In this document: positions 35,437 to 44,345 of the stretch, piece by piece
Layout of the letters: each line of letters starts with the position of its first letter
Numbering within the stretch: the stretch's first letter is position 1
NCBI GenBank assembly: GCA_964560135.1
Contig: CAZLKN010000007.1
Coordinates: forward strand, 8,418-72,417
DNA length: 64,000 nt
Reading direction: 5' to 3'
DNA from: an uncultured Actinomycetes bacterium
GTDB taxonomy: Bacteria > Actinomycetota > JAICYB01
Program-made: the position numbers and the translations under genes
Notes under the pieces: model-generated
The model's database searches: none
The model's input: only the letters and a program-made list of their open reading frames with translations
Told to the model about the DNA's origin: nothing

Positions 35437-36282
35437 ATGCACGTGGCGAACGTCAGGATCGTGACCGACTCGGCGGCGGACCTGCCCGCCGATCTGGCGG
35501 CCTCCCGCGGGATCAGTGTGGTCCCCCTCACGATCCGGTTCGGTCAGGAGAGCTTCCTGAGCGGCGTCGACCTGACCCCGGACGCCTTCTGGGAACGGAT
35601 GACCACCTCGGCGGAGGGTCCCGCCACCGCCGCCCCCAGCGCCGGTACGTTCGAGGAGTTGTACCGGCGCCTCGCCGACGAGGGGGCCCAGGGAATCGTG
35701 TCGGTGCACCTGTCCTCCAAGCTGTCCGCCACCTACCAGTCCGCGACGGTGGCGGCGAAGGAGGCGCCGATCCCCGTCGAGGTCGTGGACACCCTCGGGG
35801 TGTCCGCCGCCACCGGGCTGGCGGCCCTCGCCGCGGCCGACCTCGCAGACACGGGATCCGGCGCCGCGGACATCGCCGCCCAACTCACGGATCTGCGAGG
35901 CCGGACCGGGCTGTATGCCGTCATCGACACGCTCGAGTACCTGCGCCGGGGGGGCCGGATCGGCGGCGCTCAGGCGCTGCTCGGAACGATGCTCAAGGTG
36001 AAGCCGGTGATCAGCCTCCAGGACGGCGTGGTGGAACCGGTCGGCCGCGTCCGCACCCGCGCCAAGGCCCTCGAACATCTGGCCGGCATCCTCCGCCAGG
36101 CCGGCGACCACATCGAACGCCTCGTCGTCGTGAACGGCAACGCCCCCGACATCGACGCGTTCCTCGATCTGGTTCGGGGCGTGGTCGAGCTGGCTTCCGA
36201 CGACGTCTGGACACTCGGCCCCGTGGTCGGAGCCCATGCGGGCCCCGGCGTGGTAGGGGTCGCGTTCATCACGAAAGCCTGA
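35437..36282 (+). CDS. DegV-family fatty-acid-binding protein
   Basis: VRIVTDSAADLP...VVPLTIRFG start, 281 aa, typical DegV length and motifs. Confidence 0.85.
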   Translation: MHVANVRIVTDSAADLPADLAASRGISVVPLTIRFGQESFLSGVDLTPDAFWERMTTSAEGPATAAPSAGTFEELYRRLADEGAQGIVSVHLSSKLSATYQSATVAAKEAPIPVEVVDTLGVSAATGLAALAAADLADTGSGAADIAAQLTDLRGRTGLYAVIDTLEYLRRGGRIGGAQALLGTMLKVKPVISLQDGVVEPVGRVRTRAKALEHLAGILRQAGDHIERLVVVNGNAPDIDAFLDLVRGVVELASDDVWTLGPVVGAHAGPGVVGVAFITKA

Positions 36283-37535
36283 TGCCGGGCCACCTGGCCC
36301 AGGGTTACCGGGTCGGCGGGCGGTACCTGCTCGAGGCGGAGCTCGGCCAGGGGTCGGTCAGCACGGTCTGGAGAGCCTTCGACGACCGCCTGGAGCGGCG
36401 CGTCGCGGTCAGGCTCTACGACCCCGAACTCGACCGCTCACTCCTCGAGGACCGCACGGGGCTCGCCGCGTCCCTCACGCATCCGCGCGTCGTGCGCATC
36501 TTCGATTCCGGCGTCGAAGCCGGGCACTTCTACACCGTCAGCGAGCTCCTGCCTGGATCCCTCGCCTGGGCCCGGCTCCCCCTGGAACCCGACGAAGCGG
36601 CCAGGATCGCCGACCAGATCGCCGAAGCCCTCGAGCACGCTCATCAGCGCGGGATCGCGCACGGCGGACTGCATCCGGGCAACGTCCTGCTCTCCGAACA
36701 GGGCGTGAAGGTCTCGGACTTCTCTCTGGCCGGCCGCAGCCTCGACGGCCTTCCCGCCATGCCGCAGGATCTCCGAGATCTGGGTCGACTCCTCTACCTG
36801 GTCCTGACGGGTTCCGGATCCCGCCCCCTGCCGGACCGGCCGCGCGGGCTGGCCGCGATCGTGCACAAGCTTCGCGAGGGCGCCTATCCGGCGGCTGTCC
36901 ACGTCCGCTCGGAGCTGCGCGCCCTCGGCCCCCGTGAGACCGACGAGTCCCGACCGCGCGTGGTGCCCATCCTCGCGGGCGTCGTCGTCGTGCTCCTCGC
37001 CGTCGTCGTGTTCGGCGCGACCCGTCTGGGAGACCGTCCGGGGAATCCTCCCGCTCCGTCCCCGGGCACGCGCATCATCGGAACTCCGCTGACGATCGCC
37101 ACGGTGCAGGACTTCGATCCCCTGGGCGACGAACGCGAGAACCGGGCCACGGTGGAGACGATCTACGACGGTGATCCGCAGACCTTCTGGTCAACGGAGC
37201 GCTACCGCGCCTCCCCCGACTTCTCGGGCTTGAAGGAGGGCGTGGGGGTGATCTTCGATCTCGGCGAGCCGAGCGAGGTCGGAAAGGCCCAGATCCTGTT
37301 CGCCACCCCGGGGTGCTCCTACGAGATCCGGTACTCCACTTCACGGTCCCGCAGGGTGGAGGACTGGGAGACGGCGGCCTCGGCCGCCGACACCTCTGCC
37401 ACCAGCGGCATCGAGTTCCCCGCCGCGGAATCCAGATGGTGGCTGCTGTGGATCACCGGACTGACGGAGAGCGTCCCGGGGGCCAGGGGCGCCTTCGCCT
37501 GCGCCGTCGCCGAGGTCGACCTCTACGCACCGTGA
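36282..37535 (+). CDS. Membrane-spanning pseudokinase (degenerate Ser/Thr kinase fold) with extracellular discoidin/CBM-like domain
   Basis: Trimmed to the ATG at 36282 (TGATG overlap with degV). Hanks motifs are degenerate: GQGSVS, VAVRLY (Lys replaced by Arg), HGGLHPGNVLL (HRD Asp missing) and DFS instead of DFG. A single TM (VVPILAGVVVVLLAVVVFGA) follows. The C-terminal domain contains IYDGDPQTFWSTERY. Confidence 0.75.
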   Translation: MPGHLAQGYRVGGRYLLEAELGQGSVSTVWRAFDDRLERRVAVRLYDPELDRSLLEDRTGLAASLTHPRVVRIFDSGVEAGHFYTVSELLPGSLAWARLPLEPDEAARIADQIAEALEHAHQRGIAHGGLHPGNVLLSEQGVKVSDFSLAGRSLDGLPAMPQDLRDLGRLLYLVLTGSGSRPLPDRPRGLAAIVHKLREGAYPAAVHVRSELRALGPRETDESRPRVVPILAGVVVVLLAVVVFGATRLGDRPGNPPAPSPGTRIIGTPLTIATVQDFDPLGDERENRATVETIYDGDPQTFWSTERYRASPDFSGLKEGVGVIFDLGEPSEVGKAQILFATPGCSYEIRYSTSRSRRVEDWETAASAADTSATSGIEFPAAESRWWLLWITGLTESVPGARGAFACAVAEVDLYAP

Positions 37536-37613
37536 CCGAACGCGCGCGGGCGGCCCGGCGGCGCATAGTCTCAGGTTGGGAATACGAGACCACGGCCATG
37601 CGTTCGGAGGAAT

Positions 37614-38588
37614 GTGATGAACGACGAGCAGACCACGCCCACAGCCGGCTCGGGTGATCGCCCCGTCCGCAAGGTGATCATCATCGGTTCCGGCCCGGCC
37701 GGGTTCACCGCGGCCCTGTACGCCGCGCGCGCCGACCTCGAACCCCTCATGTTCGAGGGGGCCGAGTGGGGCGGACAGCTCATGATCACCACCGATGTCG
37801 AGAACTACCCCGGGTTCCCCGACGGCATCCAGGGCCCGGACATGATGGAACTGTTCCGCAAGCAGGCGCAGCGGTTCGGCGCCGAGATCGTCACCGCTCA
37901 CGTGACCCGGGTCGACCTGTCCACGCGGCCCTTCAAGGTCTTCGTCGGCGACGACCTCCACCTGGCCAGCTCGGTCATCGTCAGCACGGGTGCGGTCGCA
38001 CGAACGCTCGGGATCCCCGGGGAACGGGAGTACACGGGACACGGACTCTCCTACTGCGCCACCTGTGACGGCTTCTTCTTCCGCGACAAGGACATCGCCG
38101 TGATCGGCGGTGGCGACACCGCGATGGAGGAGGCCATGTTCCTGACACGCTTCGGACGCAAGGTCACCGTCATCCACCGCCGGGACGAGCTGCGTGCCTC
38201 GAAGATCATGCAGGAGCGGGCCTTCGCCAACGACAAGGTCTCCTTCGTCTGGGACACGACCGCGACCTCGGTCGTCGGCGAGGAGGGCCGGCTCACCGGC
38301 CTGCAGCTGAAGAACACGAAGACGGGCGAGGAGTCGTTCATGGCCGCCGACGGCGTGTTCATCGCCATCGGCCACGATCCCGCCACGAAGATCTTCGAGG
38401 GCCAGCTCGACATGGACGACGAAGGCTACATCCGGGTGCAGTCGCAGGCGTCTCGAACCTCGGTGGAGGGTGTGTTCGCCGGCGGCGACTGCGTGGATCA
38501 CGTCTACCGGCAGGCCGTCACGGCCGCCGGCATGGGCTGCATGGCGGCAATCGACGCCGAGCGCTGGCTCGAATCCCAGGACCAGTAG
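37614..38588 (+). CDS. trxB: Thioredoxin-disulfide reductase
   Basis: GSGPAGFTAALYAAR, redox-active CATCDG and GGGDTAMEEA motifs. Confidence 0.9.
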   Translation: MMNDEQTTPTAGSGDRPVRKVIIIGSGPAGFTAALYAARADLEPLMFEGAEWGGQLMITTDVENYPGFPDGIQGPDMMELFRKQAQRFGAEIVTAHVTRVDLSTRPFKVFVGDDLHLASSVIVSTGAVARTLGIPGEREYTGHGLSYCATCDGFFFRDKDIAVIGGGDTAMEEAMFLTRFGRKVTVIHRRDELRASKIMQERAFANDKVSFVWDTTATSVVGEEGRLTGLQLKNTKTGEESFMAADGVFIAIGHDPATKIFEGQLDMDDEGYIRVQSQASRTSVEGVFAGGDCVDHVYRQAVTAAGMGCMAAIDAERWLESQDQ

Positions 38589-38644
38589 CCGCCGGGAAGC
38601 GCCCGATTCGTCCGCTCCGGGACCGTCCGGGTACAGTCGGCGGC

Positions 38645-39781
38645 ATGAAGATCGAGAGCATCGAGGCATGGGTGTGTCACTTCCCCCTGCCGAGGCCCTT
38701 CAGCCCGTCATGGGTCCCGGGCGCGCCGTCGGAGGCGAACTCCTGCGTGGTCTACCGGGTACGCACCGACGACGGCCTCGAAGGGGTCGCCGGAGGCATC
38801 GCGGTGTTCGAGGAGGCCAAGGGCTACCTCCCGCTGCTCCAGGTGTATCTCACGGGGCGTGAGGTCACGAGCGTCGAAGACATCCTCAAGACCCTGCGGT
38901 CGGCCCACCAGATCCTGGGCTACCGGGGATGGCACATCGAGATGGCGCTGTGGGACATCATCGGGAAGGCCGCCGGACTGCCGGTGTACAAGTTGCTCGG
39001 CGGAGCCCGCGACCGGCTCACCGCCTACGCGTCCACCGGCGAGCTGAAGACACCCGAGCGCCACGTCGAAACCTGCCAGCAGCTCAAGGAGCTCGGTTTC
39101 TCCGCCATCAAGCTGCGCGTCCGCCACCCGACCATCGCCGAGGACGTTGCCGTGGTGGAGGCGGTGCGGGAGGAGTTCGGGGACCTCACGATCATGGTGG
39201 ACGCCAACCAGGGTTGGCGCGTCCACGGTCTCGGTCCGTACCCCGAGTGGGATTTCAAGCGCGCCGTGAACTTCGCCCGCGAATGCGAGGATCTCGATGT
39301 TCACTGGCTCGAAGAGCCGCTCTACCAGCACGACTACGAGGGGTACGCCGCGCTGCGGGCCCAGACCGACGTGCGGATCGCAGGCGGCGAGATGCTGTGC
39401 GAGCTGCACCCCTTCCGCGAGCATCTGCAGCGCGGCGGCCTCGACCTCGTGCAGCCCGACGCCGCCCTGTCCGGCGGGATCTGGATGTCCCGGAAGATCT
39501 CCGTGCTGGCGGAGGCCTTCGGAGCCGAGTATGCACCGCACACGTGGACCAACGGCATCGGCCTGGCCGCCAACCTTCACTGCATGGGCGCGGCGCCCAA
39601 CGCCTCCTATTGCGAATTCCCGTTCGAGCCCGGGTCCTGGATCCCGGAGGTTCGCGACGCGATGCTCACCGCCCCCCTCGAAGTGGACGAGGACGGGACC
39701 ATCGGTGTTCCACAGAGGCCGGGACTGGGTATCGACATCGATTGGGGGCGCGTGGAGGCGAACGGTACGCCGATCCACTGA
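38645..39781 (+). CDS. Enolase-superfamily enzyme (mandelate racemase / muconate lactonizing enzyme family)
   Basis: 378 aa. Has an MR/MLE-type capping-domain start and barrel metal-ligand context (VDANQGW, WLEEP, ...GGE). Specific substrate cannot be called. Confidence 0.8.
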   Translation: MKIESIEAWVCHFPLPRPFSPSWVPGAPSEANSCVVYRVRTDDGLEGVAGGIAVFEEAKGYLPLLQVYLTGREVTSVEDILKTLRSAHQILGYRGWHIEMALWDIIGKAAGLPVYKLLGGARDRLTAYASTGELKTPERHVETCQQLKELGFSAIKLRVRHPTIAEDVAVVEAVREEFGDLTIMVDANQGWRVHGLGPYPEWDFKRAVNFARECEDLDVHWLEEPLYQHDYEGYAALRAQTDVRIAGGEMLCELHPFREHLQRGGLDLVQPDAALSGGIWMSRKISVLAEAFGAEYAPHTWTNGIGLAANLHCMGAAPNASYCEFPFEPGSWIPEVRDAMLTAPLEVDEDGTIGVPQRPGLGIDIDWGRVEANGTPIH

Positions 39782-39849
39782 ACGCACGAGGAGAGGACGG
39801 TCCCGGCTAGAATCGAGGGACACGACGACCACGTCCGGAGGATACGACC

Positions 39850-40173
39850 ATGGCCGAAATCACCGAACTGACCACCGGCACCTTCGAGGACTCGATCAGC
39901 GGCGACACACCCGTGCTCGTCGATTTCTGGGCCGAGTGGTGCGCGCCCTGCCGGGCCGTCGCACCGATCCTCGAAGAGATCGCCACCGAGGAATCGGATC
40001 GTCTGCGGATCGCGAAGCTGAATGTCGACGAACATCCCGACATCCCGCAACGCTTCGGGATCATGAGCATCCCGACCTTGATGCTGTTCGCGAAGGGTGA
40101 GGAGAAAGCCCGCATGGTGGGGGCCCGGGCGAAGGAACAACTCCTCAAGGAGCTCGAGCCCCACCTCGGCTGA
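39850..40173 (+). CDS. trxA: Thioredoxin
   Basis: 107 aa. The active site is WAEWCAPCR, a WCAPC variant of the canonical WCGPC. Confidence 0.9.
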   Translation: MAEITELTTGTFEDSISGDTPVLVDFWAEWCAPCRAVAPILEEIATEESDRLRIAKLNVDEHPDIPQRFGIMSIPTLMLFAKGEEKARMVGARAKEQLLKELEPHLG

Positions 40174-40183
40174 GACGCCTCAC

Positions 40184-41245
40184 GTGGCCGAAAACCTGCT
40201 TCCCCGCCTCCAGCTCGGTGATTCGGGCGGCGCCGTTCTGGACGTCCAGGCCAAGCTCTCCGCCCTCGGCTACGGCGTGGCGCCCGAAGAGCGCGGGACC
40301 TTCGGCCCCCAGACCGAGTCGGCCGTGAAGGCCTTTCAGGTGCGCCGGGGGCTCAATCCGGACGGCAGCGTCGAACAGTACACATGGCGCGAGCTCGTGG
40401 AGGCCGGTTGGACGCTGGGCGGCCGCATGCTGTACCTGCGGCGCCCCCCGATGCGCGGAGACGACGTCCGCGATCTCCAGTCGCGGTTGAACGCCCTCGG
40501 CTTCGACGCGGGCAAGGACGACGGGATCTTCGGTCGCGCCACCCTCGAGGCGGTGATCGACTTCCAGCGCAACGCCGGCCTGCCCGCCGACGGCATCGTG
40601 GGTCGCGCGACCGTGGACGAGCTCAACCGGTTGCGGCGCCGCATCGGGGCCGGGTCCAAGGCTCAGCTGCGCGAGCGGATCGCCCGCGAGCTGGCCGAAG
40701 GGCTCGCCGGGAAAACGGTCTTCCTCGACCCGGGACACGGGGGCCCGGACACGGGGATGCTCACCTCTCCCGGGATCCCCGAGTCCTACGTCGTCTACCG
40801 GGTTGCCGAGGCCGCGGCCGAGCACCTGCGTCAGCTCGGAGCGAATCCCGTACTGTCCCGCGCTATCCAGCAGGGACCCGACATCGAACGGCGCTGCGAG
40901 ACCGCCAACGGCGCCTCCTGCGACCTGGCCGTGTCGTTCCACCTCGCCTGCCGGCCCGAACCCGGCCCCACCGTCGTGTTCTGGTCGGTGGAGCGGACGC
41001 ATTCGCGCATGGGCCGTGAACTCGCGGAGGCGGTCGGCGAGTCGCTGCGTCCACGGATCGGGCGCGGCGCTCAGATCCTCGGGCGCAACCTGCCGTTCCT
41101 CCGCCAGACGGCGATGCCGGCGGTGGTCGTCGATCTCGCTTGTCCGGGCTCAGAGCCGATCCTGGCCGAGGAGCCCTATCTGACCAGTCTCGGGGAAGCC
41201 GTGGCGGCCGGGATCCGGGGCTACTTCGATACGGCCGAATCCTGA
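40184..41245 (+). CDS. cwlM: N-acetylmuramoyl-L-alanine amidase with two peptidoglycan-binding domains (CwlM-type)
   Basis: Trimmed to GTG at 40184. Two PG_binding_1 repeats (GDSGGAVLDVQAKLSALGY, GDDVRDLQSRLNALGF) followed by Amidase_3 (VFLDPGHGGPDTGM). The position after trxB/trxA matches mycobacterial cwlM. Confidence 0.8.
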   Translation: MAENLLPRLQLGDSGGAVLDVQAKLSALGYGVAPEERGTFGPQTESAVKAFQVRRGLNPDGSVEQYTWRELVEAGWTLGGRMLYLRRPPMRGDDVRDLQSRLNALGFDAGKDDGIFGRATLEAVIDFQRNAGLPADGIVGRATVDELNRLRRRIGAGSKAQLRERIARELAEGLAGKTVFLDPGHGGPDTGMLTSPGIPESYVVYRVAEAAAEHLRQLGANPVLSRAIQQGPDIERRCETANGASCDLAVSFHLACRPEPGPTVVFWSVERTHSRMGRELAEAVGESLRPRIGRGAQILGRNLPFLRQTAMPAVVVDLACPGSEPILAEEPYLTSLGEAVAAGIRGYFDTAES

Positions 41246-41276
41246 TCCGACCACCTCTCTCGCCGCCGGGCCGTCT

Positions 41277-42530
41277 TTGCCGCACAATAGTGGGATGCCG
41301 CACGTGACCGATCCCTTCAGGGACCGTTACGCGCTCCGTGCCGCGGGGATGTCGGGCTCGGAGATCCGCGCCCTGTTCGCGGTCCTCGACTTTCCCGAGA
41401 TCATCTCGCTGGCCGGAGGCAATACCTACACGGAGGCGATCGCCGGCCGCGTGGCCGACTGCGTACAGTCCGTGATGGCCCGGGCCAGCGACGAGGCGCT
41501 CCGCTACGGTCCCGCCGGCGGGCTCGCCGTCCTCCGTCGCCGTCTGGCCGAGCTCATGGCCTCCCAGGGCATCGAGGCCGACCCCCACCACGTCCTGATC
41601 ACCGACGGCGCCCAGCAGGCGCTCGAGCTGTTGGGCAAGATCTTCCTGGATCCAGGCGACATCGTCCTGACGGAGGCACCCACCTACGTCGGTGCGCTCG
41701 GAGCCTTCTCCTCGTACCAGGCGGACATGCGCTCGGTGGAGATGGACGACGACGGCCTGGTCCCCGAGGCCCTCGAGGAGACCCTCCGACGCCTCGACTC
41801 CGAGGGGCGCCGGGCCAAGTTCCTGTACCTGGTCCCCACCTTCCAAAACCCCAGCGGGGTGACCCTTCTCGGCTCGCGGCGGGAGCGGATCCTCGAGATC
41901 TGCCGTGCCGCCGACCTGCTGGTGATCGAGGACGACCCCTACACCCAGGTCCGCTTCGAGGGTGAGCATGTCCCACCGATGCGCGCGATGTCGTCGGAGG
42001 GCGTGATCTACCTGGGCACCCTTTCGAAGGTCTTCTCGCCCGGAATGCGCGTCGGCTGGGTACTGGCCCCCGAGCCTGTGCGAGAGCGGCTGGTCCTGGC
42101 CAAGGAGGCCGCCGACCTCTGCACCTCGCCGTTCACCCAGCTCGTCGCCGAGGAGTACCTCGGATCCAGCCATCTCGAGGAGGACCTGCAGCTCATCCGC
42201 AAGGTCTATCGCGAGCGTCGCGACGCGATGACCGACGCGATCGCCACCCACTTCCCGGACGCGGCCCGCTACCGTCTGCCCGAGGGTGGCCTCTTCCTGT
42301 GGGTGACCCTGCCCGCCCCCCTGGACACCAAGGCCATGCTCGCCCGGGCCCTCGAGGAAGGGGCGGCCTATGTCCCGGGCACGGCCTTCTATCCCCGCAA
42401 GCGCGACGGACGCCGCTCCATGCGCCTCAACTTCTCCTATCCCTCCCTCGCGGACATCGAGGAAGGGATCCGCCGCCTCGGCGCCGTCGTCACCGACGAG
42501 CTCGAGCTGGCCCGCACCCTGGAGCTGTAG
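41277..42530 (+). CDS. PLP-dependent aminotransferase (class I/II, 2-aminoadipate/MocR-like catalytic domain without HTH)
   Basis: ...GMSGSEIRALF...ISLAGGNTY and LGTLSKVFSPGMRVGW (PLP Lys). The start may be at 41277 or 41295. Confidence 0.8.
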   Translation: MPHNSGMPHVTDPFRDRYALRAAGMSGSEIRALFAVLDFPEIISLAGGNTYTEAIAGRVADCVQSVMARASDEALRYGPAGGLAVLRRRLAELMASQGIEADPHHVLITDGAQQALELLGKIFLDPGDIVLTEAPTYVGALGAFSSYQADMRSVEMDDDGLVPEALEETLRRLDSEGRRAKFLYLVPTFQNPSGVTLLGSRRERILEICRAADLLVIEDDPYTQVRFEGEHVPPMRAMSSEGVIYLGTLSKVFSPGMRVGWVLAPEPVRERLVLAKEAADLCTSPFTQLVAEEYLGSSHLEEDLQLIRKVYRERRDAMTDAIATHFPDAARYRLPEGGLFLWVTLPAPLDTKAMLARALEEGAAYVPGTAFYPRKRDGRRSMRLNFSYPSLADIEEGIRRLGAVVTDELELARTLEL

Positions 42531-43472
42531 ATGGCCGCGGTGGCCGTGGTCCGCGGCGGGCGTTCGCTGGAGCGTGAGATCTCGCTTCGTTCGGGGCATC
42601 ACGTCGCAGCCGCGCTCCGCAGCCTCGGGCACGACGTCGAAGAGCTCGATGTCGACGAACGGTTGGGCCATGCGCTGGAGCGTTGCGATGCCGCCTTCGT
42701 CGCCCTGCACGGCCGCGACGGCGAGGACGGGACGATCCAGGCGATCCTGCACGCGCTCGGCGTGCCCTACACAGGGTCCGGGCCCCTGGCCTGTCACCTG
42801 TGTTTCGACAAGGCGTTCGCCAAAGGGCTCCTGCGCAGGGCGGGTATCCCGACCCCCGACTCCTTCGTGATCTCTGCCGAGGCCGTGCGCCGCATGGGCG
42901 CGGGGGTGGCCGTCCGGGTGGCCGCCGACCGGATCGGCTATCCGATCGTCGTGAAACCCGCCGCCCAGGGCAGTGCCCTGGGGCTGGTGGTGGTGGACGA
43001 GGCCGAGGAGCTCTCTTCGGCCGTGATGACCGCCTTCAACCACGGTGACCGCGTGCTGCTCGAGCGTTTCGTCGACGGCTGCGAGCTCGCGGTCAGCGTC
43101 CTGGGGCAGCCCCTGGAGGCTCTTCCCCCCGTCGAGATCCGCACCACCCATCGCGTCTTCGATTTCCAGGCCCGCGTCAGTCCCGGCGCAGCGGACTACC
43201 TGTGCCCCGCGGACCTTCCCCCCGACCAGATCCGTGCCGCCGAGGAGGTCGCGGTGAAGGCCTGCGAGCCGTTCGGTATCCGCGACTTCGCCCGGGTGGA
43301 TCTGATCGTCACCCCCGATGGGCCGCAGATCCTCGAGATCAATCCCTGTCCGGGGCTGACCGAAAGCAGCCTTTTGCCACTCTCCGTGGTCGAATCGGGC
43401 CGGACGTTCGACGATTTCGTGGGCACGGTGATCGAAGCCGCTTTCGCTCGCGGCGCCGGCAAGCCCGCCTGA
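42531..43472 (+). CDS. ddl: D-alanine--D-alanine ligase
   Basis: VAVVRGGRSLEREISLRSG start, ATP-grasp body, 313 aa. Confidence 0.85.
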   Translation: MAAVAVVRGGRSLEREISLRSGHHVAAALRSLGHDVEELDVDERLGHALERCDAAFVALHGRDGEDGTIQAILHALGVPYTGSGPLACHLCFDKAFAKGLLRRAGIPTPDSFVISAEAVRRMGAGVAVRVAADRIGYPIVVKPAAQGSALGLVVVDEAEELSSAVMTAFNHGDRVLLERFVDGCELAVSVLGQPLEALPPVEIRTTHRVFDFQARVSPGAADYLCPADLPPDQIRAAEEVAVKACEPFGIRDFARVDLIVTPDGPQILEINPCPGLTESSLLPLSVVESGRTFDDFVGTVIEAAFARGAGKPA

Positions 43473-43484
43473 CCCACCCTGCGC

Positions 43485-44345
43485 TCAGTATCCGAGCAAT
43501 AGCTCGACGATCCGGTGCAGATCGTCCCGCGACCCGAAGGTCACTACGATTTTCCCCTTCCCACGTCCCGCTTCCACCCGGACCTCCGTTCCAAGATGGT
43601 CGGCGAGGGACTCCTCGAGATCCGGGAAACGGGAAGCCCGCGTGCGGGACTCGGTTGCCGGCCGAACCGCGGGACGCTCGGTCTCCCCGCCCCTGGCGAT
43701 CGCCTCGAGCTGTCGCACCGTCAAGCGCTCCTCCACCGCCCGATTCGCGAGGGCGACCTGCTTCGTCGTGTCCTTGACCTGCAGGATCGCACGGCAATGA
43801 CCGGCCGCGAGCCGGCCCTGGGCCACGAGCTGCTTGACCTCCTCAGGCAGATCCAGCAGGCGCAGGGTGTTCGTCACGTGGACCCGGCTCTTGCCCACGC
43901 GGTGCGCAACCTCCTCCTGGGTGAGCTCGAACAGCTCCACCAGGTTCCGGTAGGCCTGGGCCTCCTCCAGGGCGTGCAGGTCGGCGCGCTGCAGGTTCTC
44001 GACAAGCGCCTGCTCCAGGGCCTCCCGATCGTCGGCCTCCCGCACGATGGCCGGCACCTGTCGCGCTCCGGCGAGCTTGGAGGCTCGCAGCCGACGCTCG
44101 CCCACGAGCAGCTCGTACCCGCCCTGCTTCCTCGTGCGCACGACCACGGGCTGCAGGACGCCCAGCTCACGGATTGACGAAGCCAGCTCCTCGAGCTCCT
44201 CCTGCGGGAAGTCCGTCCGCGGCTGCCGCGGGTTCGGATGGATCTCGTCAACGGACAACTCGATGATCCGTGCGCCCTCCGCCTCGCTCTCACCCGCCGG
44301 GAGCAGAGCCCCCAGACCCTTGCCCAGACCCGCCTTCCTCGTCAT
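43485..44345 (-). CDS. parB: Chromosome partitioning protein ParB
   Basis: GLGKGLGALLP and IHPNPRQPR motifs with an HTH region. The start overlaps the parA stop (ATGA). Confidence 0.9.
   Translation of the reverse strand: MTRKAGLGKGLGALLPAGESEAEGARIIELSVDEIHPNPRQPRTDFPQEELEELASSIRELGVLQPVVVRTRKQGGYELLVGERRLRASKLAGARQVPAIVREADDREALEQALVENLQRADLHALEEAQAYRNLVELFELTQEEVAHRVGKSRVHVTNTLRLLDLPEEVKQLVAQGRLAAGHCRAILQVKDTTKQVALANRAVEERLTVRQLEAIARGGETERPAVRPATESRTRASRFPDLEESLADHLGTEVRVEAGRGKGKIVVTFGSRDDLHRIVELLLGY

Noticed and set aside
40863-43151. 762-aa minus-strand ORF
   Set aside because: It lies antisense to cwlM, the aminotransferase and ddl, all of which carry diagnostic motifs on the plus strand.
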